Shown here: piece by piece, positions 1 through 11,696 of the stretch | Numbering within the stretch: position 1 is the first letter of the stretch | How the letters are laid out: each line of letters starts with the position of its first letter | Source: Lingula anatina | Taxonomy: Eukaryota; Animalia; Brachiopoda | Reading direction: 5' to 3' | DNA length: 64,000 nucleotides | NCBI GenBank assembly: GCA_051362555.1 | Contig: CM120644.1 | Location: forward strand, 318,954-382,953 | The notes under the pieces: model-generated | Database searches by the model: none | Seen by the model: only the letters and a program-made list of their open reading frames with translations | What the model was told of the DNA's origin: nothing | Program-made: the position numbers and the translations under genes

Positions 1-80
1 CTATATCAAATATCTGTTGTTTAGAATGATATTTGTTTATAAGATATGCATTTTTCTCAAGATTTTAACTTACAACAATT

Positions 81-169
81 TTCTATAGGATCCTATAGGA
101 AATCCTATAGGAAATGTGCCCTATAGGATCCTATAAGATTTCCTATAGGATCGTATAGGATCCTATAGG
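81..169. repeat. Array of palindromic CCTATAGG units interrupted by the retrotransposon (continues 4813-4840)
   Basis: Repeated (T)CCTATAGG(A) on both sides of the insertion. Confidence 0.85.
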
Positions 170-331
170 TGTTGCATATTGTAATGTAATTAACATAATT
201 AACATATCTCCCGCAATGCATTGTTCCTTTATGAGTTAGCCAACATGCCCACATGTGGCTGGATGTTATGTAATAAATGAGTTATTAAAAAAATGTTAAC
301 TTGAGTTACATAACAACAGAAAACTACGACA
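170..331 (+). repeat. 5' LTR (162 bp)
   Basis: TGTTGCATATT...AAACTACGACA; identical to 4651-4812 except G213 vs A4694. Confidence 0.97.
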
Positions 332-348
332 TGGTGTCAGAATCGGGA
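332..348 (+). promoter_or_regulatory. Primer-binding site, probably tRNA-Leu
   Basis: TGGTGTCAGAA(TC)GGGA directly after the 5' LTR; matches the complement of a tRNA-Leu(CAA) 3' end (TGGTGTCAGAAGTGGGA). Confidence 0.8.
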
Positions 349-434
349 TCTACATTGGATGTAGCATAATTTGGAGCTTGGATGACCCACAATTTACAGG
401 ATAAAAACGGATTTTGAATCACTCAAAAAAAAAA

Positions 435-2807
435 ATGGAGCACATGTATGGGATACAGCCGCGTCACATGGACTGGGAATCCATGGACTTACCGCGTACG
501 TTCAAACTTTTCAAGGAAAAGTGTGAATTGATATTTGAAGGACCTTTAGATGCTGTGTCAGAGGAAAGACAAGTGAAATTTCTTCTCTTGTGGATCGGAG
601 AAAAAGGCCGCGAAATTGTGAAAACTTTTAACATTGATGATCCAGACGTGTTGACCTCGTATTGGCAAAAGTTGGAAGAATACACGAAGCCCAAGAGTAA
701 CTTTCGAATTCAGAGATTTAAACTTAGAGCATGCAGACAAGAAGCAGGTGAGAGCATTGATTCTTTTGTCAGACGAATCAGACTCGTGGCAAATGAATGC
801 AAATATACCGATGTTGAACAACACATAATTGACACTCTTATTTTTGGCACTAACTCGGAGCGAATTCAGGCAAAATTATTACAAAAAGAGGAAAATTTAA
901 CACTAGATCAGGCTCTTGTCATTGCACGAACAGAGGAAGCAACTAAGAAACAGATTGAGGATCTTCACAGTACATCAGCTAAGGAAATTCATGCACTACG
1001 GCCAAGTGGAAACAGTCAAAGAGGGAGACAGCGTTACAGACAGCCACAACATCGTACTCCTCGCCAGCAAACTCAGTCAAAGGCACCAAGCAAACAACGC
1101 TCACGACAGCCACTGCAAGAATGTGGTAAGTGTGGAACTGAACATGGTTTTCAACAGTGCCCAGCTAAAGGCACAATTTGTCTCAAATGTGGCAAGCCAG
1201 ATCACTGGAAAAGGGTATGTAGAACAAAAACAGTAACTGCATCGACCCATAGTAAAACTGTGCATTCAGTAGCAAATGAAAGTGACAGTAGCAGTGTATA
1301 CTTTGACTCTATATATGTAGACAGTATTCAGTCAAAACAGTCCCCCGTTAAGCCATTTGCTGACATTGAAGTTAAAGTTGGGAACTCTGCTTCAACATTA
1401 CATTGCAAAATAGACACTGGCGCTGAGGGAAATGTGATACCACTGTCTTCTTTCAAGAAACTTGCAATTAAGCAACCACTAAAGCCTACAAATGACACGA
1501 TTACTGGATATGGTGGCAGTAAATTACCAGTATGTGGGATAGCAACATTGACATTCACAAATGACAAGGTCATGGTGACCTCAGACAGCTATATTGTGGA
1601 CTGTGAAGGACCAGTTATACTAGGAATGGAAACCAGTCAGAAACTGGGACTTGTTTCTCTGAACATAAATACAGTGACAAGACAGTCCATACTATCAGAG
1701 TATAAGGATGTCTTTGAAGGTATCGGGAAATTGGATGGGGAATATCACATAAATATTGACCCAACTGTTTCTCCTGTTGTTCACCCACCACGGCGTGTAC
1801 CTATTGCATTGCAGCCAGCACTCAAGGAGGAGTTGGACTCTCTCGTTGAGCAAGGGATCCTATCACCCGTCACACAACCAACGAAATGGGTAAACTCATG
1901 TGTATGTGTAACCAAACCCAAAGGAAAAATACATCCCTGCCTGGATCCAAAGGACTTAAATACGGCAATTAGACGTCCACATCACTACACTCCAACACTG
2001 GATGACATCCTACCTCAACTGAATGGCGCGCATTATTTCAGTATACTTGACCTTCGGAGTGGGTATTGGAATATCACGTTAGATGAAGAAAGTTCTCTCC
2101 TGACTACTTTCAATACGCCCTTCGGAAGATTTAGATACAACAGACTACCCTTTGGCCTCTCGCTATCTCAAGACATCTTCCAGGCCAAGATTGAAGAAGT
2201 ATTCAAAGACATTCCAGGGTCTACCGGAATCGCCGACGACCTTATCATAGCAGGTTGGCAGGAAGACGGATCTGACCACGATGCGTCTCTGCGCGTAGTA
2301 TTAGATACCGCCAGAAGAAAGGGGATACGCTTTAATGAAGACAAGATGATTCTTAGAAAGGAGGAAATTCCATTCTTCGGTCATATTATAGGAAAAGACG
2401 GGCTAAAACCAGACCCAGCAAAGGTAGAAGCCATTAATGTAATGGATGAGCCGAGAAATGTATCTGAGCTACAAACATTCCTTGGGATGACCAATTATCT
2501 AAGCAGATACATTCCCCATATGTCTCAACTTACAGCCAGTCTCAGAGACCTGTGCAAAAAGGATAGTGTTTTTCAGTGGAATGCTGAACACTGTATCGCA
2601 TTCAACGAGATTAAAAGAGAAATAGCAAATGCAACAAACCTCCAATTCTACGACAGTAGCAAGTCACTTACACTCCAAGTTGACGCTTCATCTTATGGAT
2701 TAGGAGCTGCCTTAATCCAGGATAAAGGCCCAGTTGCATATGCATGGCCAGCAAAGCACTCACAGAAACATAGTCACGTTACTCAAACATTGAACGCGAG
2801 ATGTTAG
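435..2807 (+). pseudogene. gag-pol part 1: Gag with two CCHC knuckles, aspartic protease, reverse transcriptase, start of RNase H (frameshifted near 2742)
   Basis: CGKCGTEHGFQQC and CLKCGKPDHWKRVC knuckles; DTGA protease; LDLRSGYW, LPFG and IADD RT motifs; VDAS RNase H. First ATG at 435. Confidence 0.92.
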
Positions 2808-4366
2808 CAGTAGTGTTTGGTCTTGAAAAGTTTCACCATTTTATCTATGGTAGACATGTTACAGTAGAGACTGACCATAAGCCTCTAGAAGCCATTTTCA
2901 AGAAGCACCTACACAACGCACCACCGCGTCTGACCCGCATGTTGCTGAGACCACAGTGTTATGACACAGAGATTGTGTATGTCCCAGGCAAAAATATAGG
3001 ACTAGCTGATGCCCTCTCACGCATGAAACCTTGTGAAGGTGACTCCATCAAAGGACTTGACATCACAATACATGAATTACACTCTTACATGAATGCAAAT
3101 CCAACACGCATTGAGCAAATTCGCGAGGAAACTAGTAAAGAACCACAGCTAGCAGCTCTTCGTGAAATGATTTCTGTAGGATGGCCAGCTACACGCAGCG
3201 AGTGTCCAGAATTTCTCCACCCATACTGGAACTACCGTGATGAGTTAGGCATCTCAGATGGAATCATTATGAAGGGGAATAGGATGATTATTCCTACAGT
3301 ACTTCGCCCTGACTTACTTAAACAGCTACATTATGCCCACCAGGGAGTGGAGAAATGTAAGCTACGTGCAAAATCGTCTGTATTCTGGCCTGGCATGAAT
3401 AATGATATTGAGCACACAGTTGGACTGTGTCCACCTTGCCAGAAACACGCAGCTGCCAACAGTAAGGAACCCTTATTGCCAGCAGATGTACCTCCCCGTG
3501 CCTGGCACACATTAGCAGCAGATTTGTTCTATTGGAGACAAACTGACTACTTATTAGTTGCTGACCAGTACAGCAAATATCCCTTAGTGCGGAAACTTAC
3601 AAGTACATCATCAGGCAGTGTAATTGCACACTTAAAGAGCATATTCGAGGAGCATGGCATCCCTGAGATTCTTAAAACTGACAATGGACCTCAGTTTTCG
3701 TCTGAAGAATTCAAAAACTTCGCAAACACTTGGGGATTTACGCACATTACATCCTCACCTATGTATCCGCAGTCAAATGGATTCATAGAACGAATGGTAC
3801 AGACTGTTAAAAGTCTATTTCAGAAAGCATGGGAATCAAATTCAGACCCCCACCTATCCATGTTATGTCTTCGCACAACACCCATTGATCACAACCTACC
3901 AGCGCCTTGTGAGTTATTGAATAACCGGAAGTATAAAACAAATATTCCCGCTGGACAGTCACAGTTGAACTCCGACTACAATGTAGCATTACAGAAGAGA
4001 CAGAACTCCAGTAAAACACACTATGATCAGCATGCCAAACCACTTGCACCTTTTCATGAAGGAGAATTTGTTCGCATGTATGACACCCAGAATAATACAT
4101 GGCAACCTGCCAAGGTTAAAACTGTATCAGACAAACCCAGATCTTATTATGTGGAATCCAATGATGGAATTTACCGTCGCAACAGGAAACACATTCATAA
4201 AACAAAAGAACATTTTGATTTCAGAAACAATGAGATTGGGGAAACTGATGAACCTCTTGTTGACATTAGAAACACAGAGACTGTTACAAAATGTGAAACA
4301 TCTCAATCTCAACCCTTACGCAGATCAAGCAGGAACATTAAACCTCCAGAGAGACTGAACTTATGA
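2747..4366 (+). pseudogene. gag-pol part 2: rest of RNase H and integrase (HHCC + DDE)
   Basis: Frame resumes ASKALTET*SRYSNIEREML (TAG 2771-2773); ETDHKPL and LADALSR; HYAHQG...CPPC; ADLF, TDNG, NGFIERMV. Confidence 0.92.
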
Positions 4367-4635
4367 ATTAATTCAGTAATAATGACTGTAACAAATCAAT
4401 TGTGAAGATGTTACATATTGACTGTAATTTGAATAAGCTTAATCATAATTGTTTCATTTATGAACTCTGGACTTGAGATTCTGTTGACTTTTGTGTTAAA
4501 AAAAAACAACATTTACATGTGCCTATGAACTGTGAACATTGAAATGTCTTGGAGACAAAGACAACACGGACAGTGAACTGATAATGTTTATTAGCAACTT
4601 TAAAAAAAAATAATAATTCAAGGATTTTTTTTATT

Positions 4636-4650
4636 GAAAAAAAAGGGAGA
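4636..4650 (+). promoter_or_regulatory. Polypurine tract
   Basis: GAAAAAAAAGGGAGA directly before the 3' LTR. Confidence 0.9.
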
Positions 4651-4812
4651 TGTTGCATATTGTAATGTAATTAACATAATTAACATATCTCCCACAATGC
4701 ATTGTTCCTTTATGAGTTAGCCAACATGCCCACATGTGGCTGGATGTTATGTAATAAATGAGTTATTAAAAAAATGTTAACTTGAGTTACATAACAACAG
4801 AAAACTACGACA
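4651..4812 (+). repeat. 3' LTR (162 bp)
   Basis: Direct repeat of 170-331, followed by the ATAGG TSD. Confidence 0.97.
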
Positions 4813-6873
4813 ATAGGAATCCTATAGGATCCTATAGGAAATTTTCTTAAGGGTGGGGACGTACATAGTAGACGACCCCACCCAGTAGGAATAGAGCTAA
4901 ACCGCCCCTGAGGGGAAAACTATCCGGCAATTGTTTGTTCTAATTACTTTTCCTCAGTTAACCTTTAAATGAACAACAAGCCACCTAGCTCTCTATAACT
5001 CGAGAAATATAATGGTACCTACATTGTGGATCAAATTTTGGTTCAGAGTAGACCTGCTCCAGAACACCCCTGGCTGCGTGCCTGGTTATCAAATATACTC
5101 TAGATGCATATCATTTCGTAGCTACGTAAACACCTTAACAAATCTTAACAAAGGATTTGCGTTGCATTGTGGGTTCTTTACCCCAGTTGTCCTCACAACA
5201 TGTCACAATCTGTGACGTGGGGGATGTTGTTCTGTGCCACATGTTGGCGGGAAAGCAGGTGAATAAAAATATCAGTAAATATTTTGTCGCCGGCATACAA
5301 ATATTCTTTCCAAAAATGTACGCTTCAGAAAATCGATATTCCTTTACAAACACCCGTACTAAGTGAAACAGGGATATAACGGGTAGAAAAATCATGTCAT
5401 TACTGAGTACGCATTTTCAACTGGGCCTATATCTGCATATGCGTGAGTTCAATCAGTGACTTATTTTATCCCAGAATAGGTCAAACATGTTACAACAATA
5501 CAGCCAATCTAACCTGCATCGCATTATATTCTTACTGATTTAATTTCAGTGTACAATCTGTTAAATCGGAATACTTTATGAGTGAATAAATATAAATCAA
5601 AATTATGAATTATGAATTCAAAGCAAAAAAAATCATTTAGTTGAACATATTTATTATGTTCTCCTCAGTAACGGAATAACAACATACATTTATATCCCAT
5701 TTTGGAAAATCAATGTACATTCTTCTTAAAAGCTAATAATAGGAGCACGTACTGTAATAATAAAAAAAACCCTGTGCACTTTTAACTCCTCTCCGGTATT
5801 TTCAATATATTTAAATTATGTATTTATATTTTATTTTCAGCTTACTTGCAGGAGCATCACCTAGGCCTACATGTACTACTACAGGTTGTCTTTTATCCAG
5901 TTAGCAATTAAATGTATCTTACCAGTGTTGGATCTCAAATAATTAATACACCCCAAAAAATCAAAATGTCATTTTTACATCAGAACAACAGTGTCTTGCA
6001 GGGGTTCCCACTATACATAACAGACTTGTAGTGAAAAATACCAGATTTTTTTATTTACATCAACCATAGAGATAAATCTGTATACTAGTACATGTGCTAG
6101 TACCTCCCTGGCATCAACATTGGACCGACTTTGATTTAAATTCCATAACACCTCTGTCATCAGTTACTACATTAATTTCAGACAATGTCAATAAAACTTC
6201 ATAATTGTTCATAAAATGTTTTGGGATATGCAATATTCTTAATGTTTTCAATTTGGCCCCAATTTTCTTAGATTCATAATGTAAACTCTTAACATAAAAT
6301 ATTGAACCCCAAAATAACAATATCTAATCACATAATTAACCTATAATAATGCATACCAATTATTTTCAGCAAAAGCCATCAAGACTCAGAATAAATGTCA
6401 CCATTTTGCATAAGATAAATAATATATATTAACTACTACATATTAATAATAAAAATCGACTAACTGAGGCTATTAACACCAAATTAAAAATTTTCTTTTG
6501 TCAAAATTATAACTATCAAATTATTCATTTTCACACATTATAAAAGGTAGCTTTAACCATATTTACATTGCCTGTACTACTAACTTGACCCTCGGACTAG
6601 TTAGTCCCCTATTCTGAATGGGGCCACAGATAGGGTCAGTTTGGTTGTATATATATATATATATCTGCCATAACAATCGATAGCCCGTGAGCCATACCTA
6701 TATGTATTTCCTCCTACGCAACGCCAGTCCGCGAACTTGGTGTTATCATCGTCTCAGCAACCACAATTGCCACTAGTGGTGTGATGTCTGGCGTAGCTGG
6801 CTAAGGGTACAGCGGTTTCTTTACTAATTTAGGGGAACAAGTGGCTGTGGCAGGCCCGTAGCCAGCTTGACAT

Positions 6874-7156
6874 CAGCGGTGGATTTAAAGTGGGGTAGGG
6901 GGGTCTTGAGCTCCCTTCGGTTTCTGAAAAATATATCACACTAATATTTCCCTTCTGAAATGAGAATTTTTAGAAGCTGAATCATAGTTTTAAACCGTTC
7001 AAAAGGCCACAGTTTGCCCTCCAAAAAAACACTTTTTTTTCGGGGCCCTTGAGCAGGCCCCGAGCCTCACACCAAGGGGCCGAGGTGATGGTCGGCTTCG
7101 GCCTGTTGTTCCGGACACCCCCCCCCCCCCCCCCCCCTTCAAATAATCCGCCCCTG
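6874..7156. mobile_element. Non-autonomous TIR element (CAG(T/C)GGCGGATT family, hAT-like MITE)
   Basis: CAGCGGTGGATTT...AATCCGCCCCTG; internal sequence (CACTAATATT..., AGCTGAATCATAGTTTTAAACC) shared with the copies at 14492 and 15505. Confidence 0.65.
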
Positions 7157-7573
7157 GACTTTGTCAATTTTTTTTGCCATCAAGGTTTATTTCACCGTGT
7201 CTGCTGTACATGGGTACAGGAAATGTTTCACCGAAATTATTTTGTTCATGCAGTTGTACAGGTATATGTTAGAACGGTCGTCCACGGGGAATTATTTGGC
7301 GGTTTCTGCCCTGAAGTCAAGTAATTTTAACGTTGAACGAGCCCGTGCCTTAATCCTCATTTCCAGGTCAGAATGAAAATGAAAGAAATTATATCACCAG
7401 CGCTGAGGGAAAATAAACGCGTTATGCACAACGCCCTTGGGTACGACCGCACTTTGATAAACAGGTCACCGTGATCACGTTTAGGATCAATAACACCGCA
7501 GAGGCAGCGAGTGTGGGGACTGAACAGTGTGGGACTGAATTTGGACAAGTGACGGTAAGTGAGGGCACGATGA

Positions 7574-7657
7574 CCAATATGACCACTTGACGTCAGCGCG
7601 CTCGGTAAGAGCTCAGACTGTAGTATACGCAGGTAAGTGGACACCTATCTATTTAAA
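7574..7657 (+). promoter_or_regulatory. Candidate Pol II promoter of the copper transporter gene (CCAAT, CRE, TATA-like)
   Basis: CCAAT 7574-7578, perfect CRE TGACGTCA 7588-7595 and TATTTAAA 7650-7657 in CpG-rich DNA; possible non-coding exon donor CAG|GTGGGT at 7755/7756. Confidence 0.4.
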
Positions 7658-8942
7658 GCGACAACAAGTGATTTTTACGTTAATTCCCTGTGCCAAGTGT
7701 TGTGTGGACAGTGCAGGAATTGTGACAGGTGTGAGACAAGTTGACAGTACCACAGGTGGGTCGTCTACTCGATACTTAACGTTTGCGAAGGGGCAATATT
7801 TTTCACCGAGAGCACGAATTTCTAGGGCTTTTACCTGTATACTAAGTCCTGTTCATACTGCACATCAAATCTATTACCTGTATACTCTGGAATATGGGGG
7901 CGAATTGTAAGCATGGCTTTAAATATAGACAGTCAAGGTAATTTCACCGGCTTCTCCTCCCATCCCCACCCCACCCCACCCCACCCCACCGGTCCCCCCC
8001 CCCCCACCCCCCTCCAATAGTCTACCCCTTCTAGATGCTCACTAGTAAACCCACAGTAAGTGTGAAAACAACTTCAGTTTGGGGCAGTTGTGTTAATAAG
8101 CCCATCTCATCACTTCGCGGGTTAAAGGGTGCAGACTCGGACCAAGTATGTGTGACATCAGAGTCAGTTAACAGAGGGGAACGCTGGACGTCACAGATGA
8201 CGTAAAACTACTGCTCGTACAGACGTGTAATTTCACAGTACGCTGGTGCCTGGTATGTGCATATTCATAGAGTGTAGACAGATGTCGTTAAGTCCTAAAA
8301 CCAAAGATGTACATTGCGTGTCCTGGTGATGACGCTGAAATGGGACATTTTCCGTCACAAATCAGTTGTCCGTTGACGGCCAGGGTTAAGAGAGAATCAT
8401 GATATGGTAAAAGATACATGTACATTGTACGCACAGGATGTGTTTGTATAAAGTTGGCGTGAGATCTTATTTATCATGTCAGGAACGGCGCATGTCATGG
8501 AATTTGATATGTTGCAAGTTCCTGCCAAGATTACAAGATATGCATGATTATATAAAAATAACTTCAACTTGTAAGTTGATATTTTGAGGTGCATTTATTT
8601 GCTTCTTTCGCTTTTCAACTGAAATTAATCATAAATTAAAATTTTATTAATTAAAAAAGATAAAAAAGTAAAATCTTTATCTGGATTACAGCAGTCGATC
8701 TACAGTGACTGTCCGGACTCCCTATCCAGTACTCTATATACAGTGTAGTCATAGTCGTGTCCATAGTCACCAACGCGCGGCCATGATAAAAATCAACAAA
8801 GGCCACAAAACAACTTACAACCAGGATATTAAGAGTTGTTAGTCCGTTCTTGACTCCCCTACAACCCTAGGATGACGTCACACCTATCAGATCTAATCGT
8901 TCCCATGGGTGATACCATATTTTTAAATAGCACAACAAAATA

Positions 8943-9018
8943 TTTAGATTTTATTCTAGCGACGCACGTCTAAATATTGAAGAAAATTTAGATGTGCGTC
9001 ACTAGAATAAAATTTAAA
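8943..9018. repeat. Short inverted repeat / hairpin
   Basis: TTTTATTCTAGCGACGCACGTCTAAAT...ATTTAGATGTGCGTCACTAGAATAAAA, ~27-bp arms and ~10-nt loop. Confidence 0.8.
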
Positions 9019-10291
9019 CATTACTATATATATTTTACGTAAACTTTGGATGCCGTCCGATCCTTTTTTTATTTATTTGAAAGACTGGTGCCTCCATCCA
9101 AGTCCCGTGCAGCTGGCCGCGGATCTCTTTCTTCGTGCGTGATCTCATTAACTGTGTGAATATCCTAAACCCGGCGTACCTTGACAAACCACATGAAGCC
9201 TTATATCACCTGCTTTGTATGAACACAAACACCGCGTGGTTTACATTTCAGTCATTGGCACAGGTGGGACTGGCATTAACTAAACACACGGATATTTTCA
9301 GTCAGATATACCGTGTATTGTTGACAAAAGTTCTGTATCAGCACACTGCGTCTGTCTCAGAGTATTCTATGTACCCCCCCCCCCCCACCCCATCCCAATC
9401 CCCAAGTCAGTAGCGTGGCAGTCAGTTTACGAGCACCTTCTATTTCCGCCAGTTAATCACAGAGTTGTAACACCTGTAACACCTGTGAGCGTTAAGTCAC
9501 AGAGACCTGGACAGCGAGGGTAGAGACTACTCCTGGACACTAAGGCTAAGGTAAAGTACTCTGTTCTATCATCAGCGATTTAGTCAATTATTTCACAAAG
9601 ATCTAGACACTGGGGTCTACACCGCGTCTGATAGCGTGCTGCCAGCCGTTAACGCCACGTTAATCAAAGGCCACAGTGTAGAGGACGCGACACGCGACAC
9701 TTCACTGACGGGGTCTAAACCGTGCCTCTATTAGCTGTGTTAACCTCGTTTCACAATAGGCGAAAATATACGTGTATCTGAGCGTTGTTTTGACTGTTTT
9801 TCGGATTAAAATTAGTGTATTTTCCCCTAAACGTCAAGGTAAGTCAGGCTTACAGGAAGAGAGACGGCAGTGTGTGTGTGTGTGTGTGTGGGGGGGATAA
9901 GACCAGTTTTTGGGTCATGGTATTGATAACACCCCTGGTAGAAAAAGTATTAAAAACATTCACCATTGCGGATGTTTACCAGTTGCTGAGTATTATAGTT
10001 TGATCTTATTGTCATTGTATCACGACTCATGTCGTCGTGTCAATAGTGTCATTTATCACCTGGCCCCATTCCCCGACAGGAAAGCTTACGGGGGTACAGG
10101 GTCGCTTTGACCTGCAATTAAATGTAATTATGTCAAACTAGAACTCGTCAAACTACATAGGGTGTTACGTCAAGTTAGTATGTAGTCAGAATATGTCGGC
10201 GACTTAGCGACCTGTACTAAAAGTTGCCAAATAGACAAGTAGTAGTAGGCCTTCTTTTTTAGCTGTCTTATAAATTGTGTTTGTTTGTGTG

Positions 10292-10354
<63 letters not shown>

Positions 10355-10455
10355 CTGAAAGAGAGTTTTCAAGGAGATTTCCCGGGACATGTAGGATAAC
10401 AAATAACTTTAACGTCATTAATTTTCAGGCACACTTAAGAGATCAGGAGTAATTC

Positions 10456-10836
10456 ATGGCAGCCATCACCATGACGCTGCCAAGGGGGACATCGATGACT
10501 TTTATTGTCCTTGGAATAGTAACACTGTCGTACGCCATGAATATGACAGGAAGCATGAATATGAACATGACGAACCACAACATGAACAGTAGCATGAATA
10601 TGAACATGACGAACCACAACATGAACAGTAGCATGAATATGACTGGTCACAATATGAGTGGCCATAACATGACTGGTCACAATATGAGTGGACATAACAT
10701 GACTGGTCACAATATGAGTGGACATAATATGACTGGTCACAATATGAGTGGACATAACATGACTGGTCACAATATGAGTGGACATGACATGACAAATCAT
10801 GACATGAGCGGACATGACATGACGGGTGGTCATGCG
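10456..10836 (+). CDS. SLC31A1: CTR coding exon 1: hydrophobic leader plus Met/His/Asn repeat ectodomain
   Basis: Acceptor TTTTCAG at 10428, ATG 10456, donor GCG|GTAAGT; 39-bp x2 and 15-bp x13 coding repeats. Confidence 0.88.
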
Positions 10837-11338
10837 GTAAGTAGAAAGGGGGTAAGAGACAGATAGAGGAGAGAGAGAGAGGACGGGGGAGAAAGAGAGA
10901 GGAAGAGAGAAAGAGAGAGGAAGAGAAAATGAGAGAGAGAGAGAGAGAGAGAGAAAGGAGGGAGAAGAGAAGAGAGTGGGTTTGTATGAGTAGATGTGTC
11001 CAAACTAGTTAATGGCAGATTTTATCTTTCTTCGTACGCAGAAACCGTTACCGATCACGATATCATCAAATAATGAGAAGTTCTTTGACCATAATGGTCG
11101 AATATTTCCGATGGTTACTGTTTGGTATCTAGATTATTCTTATTTTTCTCACCTTATGTTTTCCTTTTTGAAAAAGGAGAAACACTCATTGTTAAGTTAA
11201 CTGATAGCTTTCTCCGAAATTGTTGTCATTTACTTATTTTAATTTGTTAATTTCTGTATTTTTAGACTTCATTCCATGTTGGTTTTGAAGAAATAATTCT
11301 TTTCCGAGAATGGGTGACTTCAAACGAATGGAGTAAGT

Positions 11339-11399
<61 letters not shown>

Positions 11400-11644
11400 T
11401 ACATGTACATATTCAGTTTATACAATGAACTCTGTTTGGCAATGCTCCTCCGATAAATAAATATGATCAAATTTTAGTCAAGACTGTATTTGAGACAGAC
11501 CTTTTTCCTTTTCAGGTTTTGGACAGTTTTCCTAACAATGCCTTGAGTCAAAGCACACGTCAATCTTAGTCGATATAAATATTTATAAGCATGAGAACTT
11601 ATTTTACAATTAAATTCATTCTAGAAAAAAGTCCTTTAATAACG

Positions 11645-11696
<52 letters not shown>

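Larger units (their letters stand above)
170..4812 (+). mobile_element. Full-length Ty3/Gypsy LTR retrotransposon, Mag-like lineage (gag-PR-RT-RH-IN)
   Basis: Two 162-bp TG...CA LTRs (170-331, 4651-4812); 5-bp TSD ATAGG (165-169, 4813-4817); PBS and PPT present; internal gag-pol with integrase after RT/RNase H. Confidence 0.97.

Noticed and set aside
2742-2807. Programmed ribosomal frameshift or readthrough between the two Gypsy ORFs
   Set aside because: The break is in mid-RNase H, has no slippery heptamer, and is explained by a 5-bp insertion plus a point stop.
10435-10833. Antisense His- or Cys-rich ORFs (for example SCYVHSYCDQ repeats, metallothionein-like)
   Set aside because: They are shadows of the CTR coding repeat on the opposite strand.
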